Origin: Octopus vulgaris
Taxonomy: Eukaryota
DNA: 64,000 nt
Reading direction: 5' to 3'
Assembly: GCA_951406725.2 (NCBI GenBank)
Contig: OX597816.1
Coordinates: forward strand, 74,586,001 to 74,650,000
The translations under genes and the position numbers were made by a program. Below the pieces are notes generated by a model, which saw only the letters and a list, made by a program, of their open reading frames with translations, was not told the origin of the DNA and searched no databases. Numbering within the stretch: the stretch's first letter is position 1; the number at the start of each line of letters is the position of its first letter. Positions 27,030 to 41,544 of this stretch are shown here, in pieces.

Positions 27030-27360
27030 AGACCCCCTTCGGTCATGAATGACCATGGGATTGCACCTAGAAAGTTACCCTCCTAGACACAAGTCCGGGC
27101 AAGGTTGTTTATGGAAGACCAGCAGTCGCCCATGCATACCAGCCTCCCCTCTCCACGCCACCAGTGTCATCCAAGGGAAAGACAAAGGTCGATACAGCTT
27201 GGCACCTGTGACGTCGCAACTCATTTCTACAGCTAAGTGAATTGGAGCAACGTGAAATAAAGTGCCTTGCTCAAGAACACAACACGCAGCCCGGTCCGGG
27301 ATTCGAGCTCACAACCTCACGATCGTAAGCTGATGCTCTAACCACTGAGCCATGCGCCTC
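27030..27360 (-). mobile_element. tRNA-derived SINE family D (CORE-like body)
   Basis: Minus head gaggcgcatggctcagtggttagagc..gagctcgaatccc, then cttgagcaaggcacttt. A related older head lies at ~55650-55765. Confidence 0.75.
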
Positions 27361-27464
27361 ATGTCAAAGGGAAATGTAATTTAATTAAAATTAAAACATT
27401 CAATCAAAATTTACATTTCCAGTGGTCTAACGTGCAAAAAAAATTAGTCAAGAAGACTATATAT

Positions 27465-27552
27465 TAGTCATACGATATAGTGTATATTTATACACATAAG
27501 GAATTCCCTACAAGTGGATTCCTTATGTGTATAAATATACACTATATCGTAT

Positions 27553-27557
<5 letters not shown>
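27465..27557. repeat. Fold-back hairpin, ~40-bp arms
   Basis: tagtcatacgatatagtgtatatttatacacataaggaat..attccttatgtgtataaatatacactatatcgtatgacta. Confidence 0.9.
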
Positions 27558-27602
<45 letters not shown>

Positions 27603-27712
27603 AAATTTAATTTTATTTATTTGGGAATAAAAATTCCGGCATAACAGGGGTTCAAATTATTCTCAATGAGGAAATATGTATTTTCATTTAGATATAGTAG
27701 GCCCCTTTCTCC

Positions 27713-27794
27713 CACCATATAAAAGAATTTTAATTTAAATACTTACTACTTTATAAAGTAGTAAGTATTTAAATTAAAATTCTTTTATATGGTG
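27713..27794. repeat. Perfect 82-bp palindrome with no spacer
   Basis: caccatataaaagaattttaatttaaatacttactacttta|taaagtagtaagtatttaaattaaaattcttttatatggtg. Confidence 0.93.
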
Positions 27795-28029
27795 CAATGG
27801 CCATACTCGATAATGAGGGGGCATCCATGCGTGTGCATGTATCATGAATTAGTAGCATTTACAACTTCAGAACCGCTTTAAAACTGGCCTAAGTTTCATC
27901 AGCTTGTTATAAAAAAAAACGTCGCCCTTTTCAAATCTGGCCAGGCTCATGGACCCTGTTTCCCGGTTTCTGTGGCTTATGTGTTCCCCCCAGCTGGACG
28001 GGACGCCAGTCCATCGCAGCGTTACTCAA

Positions 28030-28225
28030 GAAACAGAAAGAGAGAGTGAGAGAAAGTTGTGGCGAAAGAGTACAACAGAGGTCGCCACCACCCCCTGCCG
28101 GAGCCTCGTGGAGCTTTTAGGAGTTTTCGCTCAATAAACACACACAACGCCCGGTCTAGAAATCGAAACCGCGATCCTCCGACCGCGAGTCCACTGCCCT
28201 AACCACTGGGCCATTGCGCCTCCAC
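28030..28225 (-). mobile_element. tRNA-derived SINE family C
   Basis: Near-identical reverse complement of 63835-64000. Confidence 0.85.
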
Positions 28226-28518
28226 CATCTGCTTGATATACAGAGTTAAAATTCATTTGGGGGATAAGTTTCACATAACATCAACACAACAGGAAAGACA
28301 GACCAATAATTTGGAACATCTGTGATGAATTAGCTTCAATCAACATACGGAGATATAGATTTTTCTTTCAGAGTGACTGCATAAATATTTTCTAAGGAAG
28401 GATATGCGTGGATAGTCTCCTGTTGCCTTCAACAATCAAGCTTGAAATCCAAGTATCTATTCAGATGATATATTCCCCCCTATAGTTAGGTAAACTGCGG
28501 TCGGTAGAATGAAATCTA

Positions 28519-29084
28519 TTGGGTTGTCCGGAAAGTTCGTGCCGATTTTTAAAGGAAAGAAAATGGTCAATAAATACTTGCCATTACATTTTTAATCAAC
28601 CAAATATGAACCATTTTGTTGCACAATGCGTCTCCATCTTTCCTTTAACTTGAAAATACCCTCTTCCCAGAATTGAGGTGGTTTCATGGCAAAGAATTTA
28701 TAAAGGTATCTTTTTACGTCTTCCAAGGAATTGAAATTTTTACCATTAAGATTATTCTGCAGAGACCTGAATAAATGGAAATCCGAATGAGCAATATCTG
28801 GTGAATATGGAGGGTGGGGTAACACATCCCAGCCGAGCTGCAGCAATTTTTGTCTGGTTCCCAACGCATCAAGTGCCAAAAATGAACTTTCTTATCTTCC
28901 ATTTTAAAGGGTTACAGAATTAACACAGGTTATAAGAACATAAACGTTCTTCCACGAAAAGATAGCTTAAACTGTGCTCTAAATGGAGGTGTAGTCAAAT
29001 CCTATTTGATGAACTCAACCATGTTCTAAAATAAGTCGGAAGGTAAGCTGCAGTAAATCGGCACGAACTTTCCGGACAACCCAA
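28519..29084 (-). mobile_element. Internally deleted mariner element (566 bp)
   Basis: Perfect 30-bp TIRs ttgggttgtccggaaagttcgtgccgattt with TA on both sides. The transposase N-terminus MEDKKVHFWHLM is joined to a C-terminus containing HPPYSPDIAHSDFHLF. Confidence 0.95.
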
Positions 29085-29796
29085 TACAATCCTGCAAGCG
29101 CTTTAAAACGCATGAAAAACGTAGTGATTTGACAATCTATGAACTGATATGGTTACTCTAAAACCATATCAACACAACCACTTCATGTCTGCATGTAAAC
29201 GAGAAGTGAATAAGGTTTACTAATTCCAAACATATTTTAGGCAAACTGAATTCCATCCACTTCAGGTATTTTCAATCATTCAAAAAATGAATTATTTTTA
29301 TTTTTAATTTCTCCTTTTTCTTGTTTGTTTTCATATTCATTTAACAGTTTATGTTAACAGAACATCTGTATCAAATTATAAATAAGACCTCGCGAACTAC
29401 GTCAGTACAATAATTTCCATGCCTCTGCTATCAATTTGAATACATCCTTCTTCTGTAAACACACACGTCTAAACAAGACGACATAACTTGGAAGTCGTAA
29501 GATCGGCTTACTGAAATGCTTTCCAGACTTGTCAAATTACTTTGTATCTAGATTTGAAGCCGTCGATGTGAAAAGAAGCTTCAACTTGTAATGTAAGCAA
29601 TTAACATTTAAAGAAACTAAAACCATTCAAGAATATTAGGGGGAACGTAAATGTCACTGACGTATGAAGATAAATTTCGAATCAAATATCAAAAAAGTTG
29701 GAACATATTTAGTAGTTGATAAAGAAGCATATAGCACTAATGCTTATCATTTGGAGTCCGTTGTGTATATACTTGCATTATTTTCACTACTGCATC

Positions 29797-30032
<236 letters not shown>

Positions 30033-30649
30033 AGCGTCAACGAAGTAAAACTACACTAGAGATATTAAGGGAAGACTTTGCATAACGTAGTTAAATGTTC
30101 TAAATCGCTAAATTACTGTTATGTTTAATTTTCATTTTATTTGTAAGAGGAGAAAAATTATTAAGTATCCTGACAAAGTTAGATTAGGTTTTAATTAAGA
30201 GTTAACGACCTAAAATATTTGTTTTTTATCTCTAATTAACATGTCCATCTGTTTATCTTTATTATAGTCATACACATGCACTCACGCACACATACACATT
30301 ATCAATATCACATACGTAATGTATGTTTTTTAAACGGTACAAAGCTGCGGTACTTCGCCTAACGGAGATCTCCCTTAGTAGAGATCCCTTAGACGTATAG
30401 CGTTAAAAAAATCACACCCTACCTCAAAGATAGATGAAACGAATTTGCTCTGGAAGTAAACAAGGGCGGCATATACCGATATTTCGCAGTTATTTCCGCT
30501 TGCAAGTGTCACATGTTCTTCTACTATCGAAACAAGCCGCAACAGCCAAACAGAAGTATGTATACAAAATAGCGTAAAATGTATTTACTGACGTGAAAAA
30601 AGTGTCCCACAAGTAAAACAAAATTCAAATATTGTGTTTGTAACACCTC

Positions 30650-31700
30650 AATAATATATAAACATATACATATATAGTTGAAATATACAGAAAAACAAAA
30701 GACAAAGACGGGTGTATGAACAACAAGCAGGTGTATTAGTTTGACGCTCGGGAAAGTGAGGAAGTATTTTACGTTTCGAGCTTACGCTCTTCAACAGGAA
30801 GGAATAAGAGAATATAAACAGAGAGAGAATTTTAAAAAAACCTTTTGGATTTAGCGATCAAGCTTGGCGACTGGTTTGGAAAAAAGAAGTTTTGACACAC
30901 GAGGTAGAAAAAGGGAGATAATAAAGTATTAGTGATCCCAAAAGGAAGGTGCACATGCGCGCGCGTATGTGTATGTGAGAATGTGTAAGTGTGTGTGTGT
31001 GTGGATATATATTCAAACCTAATCTATGCCAGAAAATGGAGTTGCGGGAGAAAAAAATTAAAAACATAAATATGGGTTTTTAATTTAAGTAAAAGAATGC
31101 AAATTCTGAGGCAAGAGGTGAAGTTGAGTATATTTATGCCACTTTTATATATTTATGCTCGAAAGAATACAAATAAAATCAGCGTTGTTAGAAGCTTTTC
31201 AAGAATACTGGTTAGATCAGTTCCCATAGTCCTGGAGTTTCCAGATTAAATAGAATATGGAAGTGAAGTGCTTTGTCCCAAAACCTGAATGAGGTCATAT
31301 ACTGAGTAAATATTTCCTTATAGTCAATGGCTGTGAGACCCTGGTAAATACTGAGGTAGGATTATTATCAGGTAGGATGATATTCTATTGACTATTGCCT
31401 TAGAAATAAGAATCCCTTCTTAGGACAGGTTGATTTCAGCAGTTGGTTGCCTGAAGGGAAGCCATCGTGGATGTAAGTCTTCTTGTGTTGTATTATGCAA
31501 TATTGAAAGCAATGTGATCAAGGCTGGCGTAACTAACCTTAACATTAGGTACATTAAAAATATTGGGATACTTATGCATGCTTAGGAAGTGTTACTTGAA
31601 GAGACATTTATACTGAACAGGGGACAGTTTTCACTTCCTAACTCTTCTGATACGCGGATATAGATTCTTCGTGTGCACTAACTCCTCACTAATGTTATCT
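30650..31700 (-). mobile_element. Old Penelope-like element remnant with 3' pLTR
   Basis: Degenerate minus translation HFLSMHKYPNIFNVPNVKVSYASLDHI..YN (~31500-31600) matches the Penelope KHFP..KIFNRNNVKVSYSC linker; MTSFR..LIWKL follows. A hammerhead-like motif is downstream. Confidence 0.6.
30766..30800 (-). ncRNA. Hammerhead-like motif with variant core
   Basis: Minus: CTGTTGA-a-GAGC(gtaa)GCTC-GAAAC-GTA-aaa. Same layout as 54200-54234. Confidence 0.55.
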
Positions 31701-31999
31701 TTATGAAACAGTAGTAGTGCCTATGATAAGTGATGTGCATTATAAGTTACTCACAGTGCTTCTGTCATTTGCAATCCCTCTTAGGGGCTCTCACGTTGGC
31801 ATTGGAGTTACTGATGGGAATGATGTTTGGTTATTATGCAGCTGTTGCATGGTCATTATCATCATCATTATTAATATCATCAGCATCATCATCATTGGCG
31901 ACGTGCTGACAAAACAGCGTAAAATCTATCGCGCCGGACAAAATGCTAGACAGCATTCTGCCAGTTTTTACGTTTTGAGTTCAAATTCCGCCAAAGTTG

Positions 32000-32061
<62 letters not shown>

Positions 32062-32114
32062 TACTTCTACTACTACTACTACTACAACTACTAATACTAC
32101 TGCTGCTGCTATTA

Positions 32115-32150
<36 letters not shown>

Positions 32151-32402
32151 AGACAGTGAATAGGCAGTACCGTTAGTAGGCCGGACAAAATGCTTATAGT
32201 CATATCATTTGTCTCTATGTTCTGAGTCCAAATTCCGCCGAGGTCGACCCTACCTTTCATTCTTTTGTGGTCGATAAAATGTCTACCACTTCAGTAAGTC
32301 GATTACGTCGATCCCAGCACTCAAATGGTAATCGACTTAACACCTCTTCCAAAATTACTGGCATTGTGCCAAAATTTGAATATATCATCATCATCATCAT
32401 CA

Positions 32403-32448
<46 letters not shown>

Positions 32449-32964
32449 TATTTGGTCTTGTTATTCTTGTCGTTTTTGGCGGAAACGATAAATAACCACA
32501 CACCTTTTCCGTACCATTCATATATGATAAGCTGATAATGATCGGTGCTCTTTTTTTTTTCTTCAGTTTCCAAAAAGAAAGATTCTTTTACCAGTTTCTA
32601 TAAGCAGTATATTTCAAATTCTCTCATCGGAAAGGAATTCATAGGCAGTTTTGGCACGTGCCGGCCACTTGAGATTTATTCTTGGGTACAAGATAAGTAC
32701 AGAAACCCCCACAAATATTACCCAAATGTTTTTTTTGTGTTTCTTTTCCCTTTAATTTCCTTTTTTTTTTTTTTTTTGCGGCGCTTCCTTTCGAGTAGTA
32801 ATTATAATCCACTTTATTTTCTTATATTTACTTAGCCTAATGAAACTGAATAAATATCTTTTGAAAAAAAAATCTAATTAAATTTCACGAAAGTTTTATC
32901 TATGAAAGAGAAGGGGAAATTGAAGGGCTAATGGATTTGTGCTTTCTTTGTTTTTTGGAGGTAA

Positions 32965-33029
<65 letters not shown>

Positions 33030-33099
33030 CTAGAAGACGCACCCGTACTTTGGACAGTTTAAGTTGCTTTAGTGGTATTTTTTTCACCAAATAATTGAA

Positions 33100-33225
33100 C
33101 TACCTAGAAGTTTTGAATCCAGGTAAAAAGTCACAGGCATAAAAATCACAGGGGTTTTGTCCGGGAGAGGGTTGTCCGATTGGGGTTTTGTCCTGAGGGG
33201 TTTTTGTCTGGATCCCATAAAAGTC
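33100..33225. mobile_element. Probable DNA-transposon/MITE terminus with short subterminal repeats
   Basis: Four ggg(g)ttttgtcc-like units ending in ggatccc. No matching second end was found. Confidence 0.4.
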
Positions 33226-33633
33226 ACCCCCCAAGCCCAACATATACACGCGCGCGCACATACACACAAAACAAGCACGTAGATAACGAGCTTCCGCATA
33301 GTCTCCAGCCATCGAATTCACTTACAAGACAGTCGCGAAGCATACTTTTTAACCACACTAACATGCCTGCGTCTTACGATTTATTTTCATATCGATAATA
33401 GTTGTTCTGTGTCTTATAAAAAGTTCCTCTCTACGATTCGTATTCAGTTAATAACATATTCGTTTTTGTTTTGCTTTATATTTTTTAAGCTTCCGTTTCA
33501 CTTATTGCATGTACATTAGATTATTTCATTGAGTTACATTATTTTCAGTAAATCATTCTGTCATTCTTCTCTTCTACCATTTTTTTCTTTATGAAGTAAG
33601 GGCGCTGCATTGGCAGAATTGTTAAAGAGTTAA

Positions 33634-34055
33634 GGCGGCGAGCTGGCAGAAACGTTAGTACGCCGGGCGAAATGCATAGCCAAATTTCGTCTGCCCGTTA
33701 CATTCTGAGTTCAAATTCCGCCAAGGTCGACTTAGCCTTTCATCCTTTCTGGGTCGATTAAATAAGTACCAGTTTCGCACTGGGGGGTCGATATAATCGA
33801 CTTAATCCGTTTGTCTGTCCTTGTTTGTCACCTCTGTGTTTAGCTCCTTGTGGGTAATAAAGAAATAGGTATTTCGTCTGCCCGTTACATTCTGAGTTCA
33901 AATTCCGCCGAGGTCGACTTAGCCTTTCATCCTTTCGGGGTCGATTAAATAAGTACCAGTTTCACACTGGGGTCGACGTAATCGACTTAATCCGTTTGTC
34001 TGTCCTTGTTTGTCCGCTCTGATATTTAGCCCCGTGTGGGTAGTAAAGAAGTAGG
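33634..34055 (+). mobile_element. SINE family B tandem dimer
   Basis: A full unit at 33634-33868 is followed directly by a head-truncated second unit. Confidence 0.88.
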
Positions 34056-34611
34056 AATTGTTAAACAGTTGAGAAAAAATGTTTCGCGCCATTCTACCCG
34101 GATTTTAACGTTCTGTTTTCAAATCCCGCTAGTGTCAGCTTTTGTTTCTTATTCTTTCAGGGTTGATAGAATATAGTACCAGTCAAACACTGGGGTCGTA
34201 GATGTAATCGACTGACACTCTCCTCTCAAAAATTGCCGTCCCTGTGCGTAAATTAAAAGTAACTGCTACCAATTTTGAAGCAGTAAGTCTTCCTGCCGTA
34301 GAACGCAATCAATGACCTATGAAAAATCCTTGGATACCATGTTAACGTGGAAACATGCCGATATTACGCTGTGTTTCATTTTTTACTGTGATTTGGTCAT
34401 TAGAAGGCGGTCATGCTGGGGCACTGCATTCAACGGTTTTAGTCGAACGAATTCACCTCAGTACTGATGTTTCTTTTCTTTTTGTTTTTCTTTTTCTTTA
34501 AAACACACTTAATCTATCGGTCTATATTGTCGAGCCACTAATTGACCAGAAGGTAAACAAACCAGTACCGTTTTTCAAGGTGTGGTTGTATATATATTGA
34601 TGTACAAGTAC

Positions 34612-34692
<81 letters not shown>

Positions 34693-34900
34693 TACATACA
34701 TGCATACATACACATACACTCACACACATATATACGCGGCGAGCTGGCAGAAATTCCGCCGAGGTCGACTTTGCCTTTCATCCTTTCGGGGTCGATAAAA
34801 AAAGTACCAGTTTCGCACTGAGGTCGATGTAATCGACTTAGTCCCTCGTTTGTCCCCTCTATGTTTAGCCCCTTGTGGGCAGTAAAGAAATATATATATA

Positions 34901-36261
34901 CTAGCAGAATTGCCCGGCGTTGCTCGGGGCTGAATTGCTTGAAAGTACTGTTAATGATTGCACTGAATTATGATGATTATTCAGGCAAATATTGATATAA
35001 GTTTACGGTGGGAGATAAGGACTTAACGATCAAGCGTGTGCCATTGCATTGTTTTGGGGAACCAAATTTCTGATGAGCATTATAGGGGCACCAACTTTAA
35101 GTTTGAGAAAGTGTGGTGGTAGTCCGGGGTGCTCAAAGGAATTGAGTACCTCTATTGGATAGTTGATGACGTCCTCTGGGTCAGGAGTTGTATCGATAGA
35201 CTGATATACATAGACTTCCCCAGGAATGAGTTTTAGCATTTCATCATTAATATGGTGAACAGTTTTATTCCTCGGGGCCAGTATAGCCTTTTTGCTAATC
35301 CAATCCATATTCTGATAATTAGCTTGTAGATCTGGGAACACTGCATCTCTGAGATCAGAAGGCGTCTTAACAATGGTACAAATGGAATCGATGGCAATAT
35401 TACCATTTTCATCCCCTGGTATTTTGCCTTCGCCAAGTGCAAGGAGGGTGTGAGGAAATGCTGCTGATGTGATATTACGTCGCATATGAGCACGCATATT
35501 GGTGTGAAGTTTGAGAGTTACTTCCCTTTATTAAAAAAAATATGCATTAAAATGGAAAAAAATGATGGTAAATTATTTGTAAAATCATAGACTCATCGTA
35601 GACGCGCGCTAATACCCAGAAGGGCTCGATATGAATGACGACTATAAGATACCCAGTTTTGGTTAAACTGCATCGCAAAATGTGGGAGTAGTTAGGAATC
35701 TAAATCGGAGTAGACAGACACACAACCTTTCTTTTATATATAAATATTTTCGTCCTAAAAAACTTTGTATGGATTTAATGGTTACCTCTATGGAAATATA
35801 TACACGCACATTATACATACATGTGTGTATAGATGAATATATAAATACATTTAAATATCTATATACACTTTTGGGCGATCTTTCTGTTTCTTAGAGATAA
35901 CTTTAGATCTTATTTTCGTCCTAAAAAACTGTGAATGGTTACCTCTATGGAAATATATACACACACGTTATACATAAATGTGTGCATAGATGAATATATA
36001 AATACATTTATATATCTATATACACTTTTGGGCGATCTTTGTGCTACTTAGAGATAACTTTAGATCTTATTTTCGTCCTAAAAACTTTGTGCGGAGTGAA
36101 TGGTTACGTCTATAGAAATATATACACACACGTTATACATACATCTGTGTATAGGTGAATATATAAATACATTTAAATATCTATATACACTTTTTGGCGA
36201 TCTTTCTGCTACTTGGATATAGGTCTTATATTCGTCCTAAAAAACTTTCCTGTCACACACT

Positions 36262-36296
<35 letters not shown>

Positions 36297-36697
36297 CCTC
36301 ACACACACACACACGCACACACACACACACGCACGTTAGCTTACAATTTTATTTATATATTTGCGTGTCTATGTGTGTAAAGAGGAAGTGGGAGGCAGAG
36401 TGAAAGAGTCACTCACTACAGAAAGTGAATTACTTTCGCTTTATTCGTTGCACACTGTGTGTGTGCGTTTGCGTGTGCTGTATCCCACACTAAGAGAAGC
36501 ATTTGACTCATACACCACAATGTGAGTTTTCTCTAAATTTTGCTTAATTGGGGTTGAAATTTTAAAAAGTGGACCTGGCACGACCCGATGCATTCTACTC
36601 TTAAAAATGCTAGGTAAATTGTAATTGAAGAAATCCTATATTGTAGATTTCTATAACTGACAAAGGGAGGCAGATAAAATCTGCCTTTTATAATAAG

Positions 36698-36698
<1 letters not shown>
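34901..36698 (-). mobile_element. Non-autonomous Helitron (possibly composite) with a PIF1-like helicase fragment
   Basis: Minus strand A|TC at 36698, and a 3' hairpin cccgagcaacgccggg followed by CTAG|T at 34901. ORF 35030-35497 contains NMR..AILAPRN..GLPPHFLKLKVGAPIMLIRNL and, after a frameshift, CNGTRL. Confidence 0.9.
35745..36248. repeat. Tandem repeat, ~160 bp x 3.1, inside the Helitron
   Basis: Unit starts tattttcgtcctaaaaa at 35745, 35911, 36068 and ~36227. Confidence 0.9.
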
Positions 36699-36758
<60 letters not shown>

Positions 36759-36796
36759 TTATGTAAATATATATATATATATATATAGTTATGTAA

Positions 36797-36832
<36 letters not shown>

Positions 36833-37723
36833 AAATTTTATATCCGTTGGGCTTTCACAGTTTCCCCTACCAAATTCATTCTCAAACCATCAGTCGGTGC
36901 CCGGGCTTTAGTTGAAGACACTTGCCCAAGATGCCGTGCAGTGAGGCTGAATCCGAAACCACGTAGTTGCGAGGCGAGCTTCTTAACCACACAGCCATAC
37001 CTGTGCCTTTCGCCATGCCTTTCGTATTTGCTTTTATTTATTTATTTGAATTTTGAGGAGAAAGGGCAGAGCCCTTGATCTTTCTAAGGGCGTTCAAGAC
37101 TGGCGAAAGAGATATTTTCCTAAGACCGGAAACTTACTCTAAATGCATGCAACAGGGAACTACACTAAAAGCGCTTAAGGGCCCATTACTGTGTTAGAAA
37201 CGGCGGTAAATTAAGTCTATCAGCTGAGAATAGGAGAAATATCTTTGACGGTTTTCTAAATTCAAAATTTCATTCACAAAGCTCAATTCGCATGGAAAGC
37301 TTAAGATGCCCTTTATAAGTTACTCGTTATAAATACAACCAATTCTATTTCCTTTTATATGATTAGTCTATCATGACTAGAAGGATAATTATGCATAACA
37401 GCATAAGATCTGTTACATGTGCGGTGATGGTAGTCATGGTGGTCCTGGTGGCTGTGGTGATGATGGTGGCGCTTGTTGTGGTGGAAGTGGTTTTGGCTGT
37501 AATGGTGGTGGTGGTGGTAGGAGGGCGAGACCATCAGGAAGCGGTTATTGAAAAGATGAGAATACAATAAATTCTCAAACTCAGACAGCATGGAACAACC
37601 AACCGCAAATATGTGAATAGGGAATAGTGGTGGCAAAGTGCAGAACGAGGCATTGAGCGATACTGAGCAAGAGGGATGAAGAGGGCAGGGTCGGTACGAG
37701 AGAACAGAGGGTGAGGTAAGATA

Positions 37724-37788
<65 letters not shown>

Positions 37789-37809
37789 GTATACAAGTGT
37801 GTATGTTTA

Positions 37810-37985
37810 GGCACAATGGTCCAGTGGAATCGCGGTTTCGATTCCCAGACCGAGCGTTGTGAGTGTTTATTGAGCGAAAACACCTAAAGCTCCACGATGC
37901 TCAAGCAGGGGGTCGTAGCGAACCCTGCTGTACTCTTTCACCACTACTTTCTCTCACTCTTCCTGTTTCTGTTATACCTGTATTT
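37810..37985 (+). mobile_element. SINE family C, internally deleted head
   Basis: ggcacaatggtccagtgg..ggtttcgattcccagacc..tttattgagcgaaaacacctaaagctcc. Confidence 0.8.
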
Positions 37986-38050
37986 CATATAGATCCCAAT
38001 ACTTTTAACCTACAAACACCAGGGAACATCACACACACACACACACACAG

Positions 38051-38081
<31 letters not shown>

Positions 38082-40325
38082 GAAAACGAATCCATGCACA
38101 ATGGAGGAGAATTCAAATTGTTTAAAACGATAATAACAATGACAACATTTTAGCTAGTATCGCAAGCCAAACGCAAATGATTGAGAACTGGAAAAGCGAA
38201 AGACATGACGCAAAGAATGGCGTTTCCTTCCCTTTGCAATTCATTAAAGAAATGAAAGGAAACAGGTAAACATAACCATTGTCTCGCATAAAAAAAAATA
38301 CAATAGAGACGGACGTTTCATTTGTACACAAGAAGAACCGTTAAAAGAAACCTTGACCGATGTTTGAAGCGATATCGTTTCTATCGATCGGATACGAGTA
38401 TATAAAGTGCGCACTATTCATCTGTTCACATGTTGTATCAAAATATACAAGCAATAAAATACAAGGGTCACAGCTAGGGATATTAGTTTGGATGTTGATC
38501 CTTGGTCCATCATCACTTTGCGGGATGGTATGGCGAATAGACTTGATGACCTTCGAAAGTCACAGAACCATCCTGGAACTGTACCTTATCGTTACTACGG
38601 AAAGGAGATCCACTAGACTTGTGTTGTTGGACAGAAAGTCTAACTGTTAAACACATGGCAGCAAAAATCAATTGAAAGTATTCTGTCCAACTGAAAGCGG
38701 CGGACAATAGCGTAAGCAGTAACCATATCAGAAGCTCTAGAACTGCAATTTCATGAGTACGTTCGATTACAGCTTTAAGGTTGGCGAAAGTAATCAGTTC
38801 ATTTTAAATGTCGGAAATCAATGACTAGGACGCTGATGACTTCACCTCTTAATAGCAGCACCCCAAACATCTGGTGCTGATGAAGAGTAAATGTAGGCTA
38901 AAGATGATGGTAAGCAAGGGGCAAAAAGTAGAAACAGAAGAATAAGAATTAGCGCAAACTAAAAGTAACTAGATACACAGGAACCCACTGGAACAATGAG
39001 GTATTCACGAGTGTTTATATAACGGAGGAGTTCCAGGTAGATCTACTGAACAGCCTGGAGGAAGAACGATTTGATGTGTTGAATGAGAATAAGAAGTTAG
39101 GAGTCAAAAATAAAAGTCAGAAGTAGAAATGTGTGGTCACTGTGAGTGCTCTGAACTGAAATGGCGGTCAGTGGGTAGGTTGTCTTTTACTTGTATTCCT
39201 CTTAGTGTTTTATTGTTTATTATTTCTTTACTGCCCACAAGGGGCTAGACACAGAAGGGACAAACAAGGACAGACAAACGGATTAAGTCGATTATATCGA
39301 CCCCAGTGCGTAACTGGTACTTATTTAATCGAACCCGAAAGGATGAAAGGCAAAGTCGACCTCGGCGGAATTTGAACTCAGAACATAGCGGCAGACGAAA
39401 TACCGCTAAGCATTTATTGTTTATTTATAATTATTCACACACAGAGTTTAATATTTTTATTAACTCTGATGCGACTTGAATAGAGTACAGTACGATAAAA
39501 CAACAAGTCGGGTGAATTATTTCTTCCTCATCTCTATCTTCTTGAGAGATCATAAGTCCCATAATCTCTTCTCTCGAGATGTCTTTCTCACGTAATGTCT
39601 ACCAGCCAACTGGAATACAGCTTCGTCATCGTCCTTTCTCAAGTATATAGGCATGATGATATGACTTAAATAAAACCCAACTCTGCCAATTAACAGGGCA
39701 TTCTTCAATTCTAATGTATTTCCTCTTTTTACAACGAGGAACACCTCTTTGTTAAACTTGTTTGTAGCTTGATCGACCAAACTGTTTCGTCCAACCAAGA
39801 TCCTAGTGTAAGAGTGTGTCTATGTTAGGTAAACTGTCGACTCTGCCAGCCGTGTCGCTATTCAGCAGCAATCTTAACATAAGAATATGAAGTAAGCTGA
39901 TGAGAAGTTGTAGCTATAACCTATAGTTTACATTAAACGAAACCCGTTGCATAACTAAACAATATGCAAAAACAATATTAAAAAGTTAATTTTAATAATA
40001 AGCGTTATGATAAATCTACTTAGGTATCAAGTTTACGACACTACTGAAGTGATATATGAATCATACATCATACATCACATCAAAGCTGTTTCATGTTTTA
40101 TAATTTACTGCACCAAAAGCAAAACGTAAGGATATTAGTAGAATATTATTAATATAATTAACTCTAACATTCTCTTTGCAAGAAACCTATTACAACTGTT
40201 CGTATCGAATTTTTGAATAATTCTATAAATGTGTATATTCAGCGGCAGTGAGTTATAATACTAAAATAACGGGAATTTGCTTATTTGTTTGTGCGTTTGC
40301 GTGCGTTTGCGTGCGTTTTGCGTGC

Positions 40326-40393
<68 letters not shown>

Positions 40394-40870
40394 CAAAAAA
40401 ACTCACCGTTCAGTATTTAGGTAGGGTATATCAATTTCTTATGGTGTCTCTGTCTCATGTCATAGTATTTACATTCCACCACCCAACAAGGTAAAACTGA
40501 AGGTTATTTTCAGATTGAATTTACAAACATTCACAATAACAACGCTCACACTTTACAAGGCCTTACTTTTGAACAAAACCAGATTATTTTTACCCATCAT
40601 TCCCTGGCCTTGTCTGACTGGTTGAAAGACGGCAGAGGGCTCTTACAAAGAAATAACAACTGTGCATGATTTGTGCTATGGGAAACCTGCATGGTTTTCA
40701 TGTTGCAGGCAATTGAAATTAAACCCATATATGTGTGTGCGTTAGTGTGTGTGTGTGTGTGTATGCATGTGCGTGTGTGCATGTGTGTGTGTGAAAGAGA
40801 GAGGGAGAGAGGGTATGTGTGCGTGTGTGTGATTATGTGTGTGAGTGTGAGTGAGTATAATTTCAGTAGG

Positions 40871-40902
<32 letters not shown>

Positions 40903-40922
40903 ATAATAATTATTATTATTCA

Positions 40923-41505
<583 letters not shown>

Positions 41506-41510
41506 ATATG

Positions 41511-41544
<34 letters not shown>

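Noticed and set aside
35745-36248. CRISPR-like array
   Set aside because: Whole units are repeated with no unique spacers, the context is eukaryotic, and no cas genes are present.
37355-37570. His-rich or Val-rich ORFs
   Set aside because: They derive from a degenerate (GGT/GAT)n tract.
38300-39900. Repeat-poor higher-complexity block as exons
   Set aside because: No module pattern, no consistent ORF and no paired splice sites; probably old TE debris.
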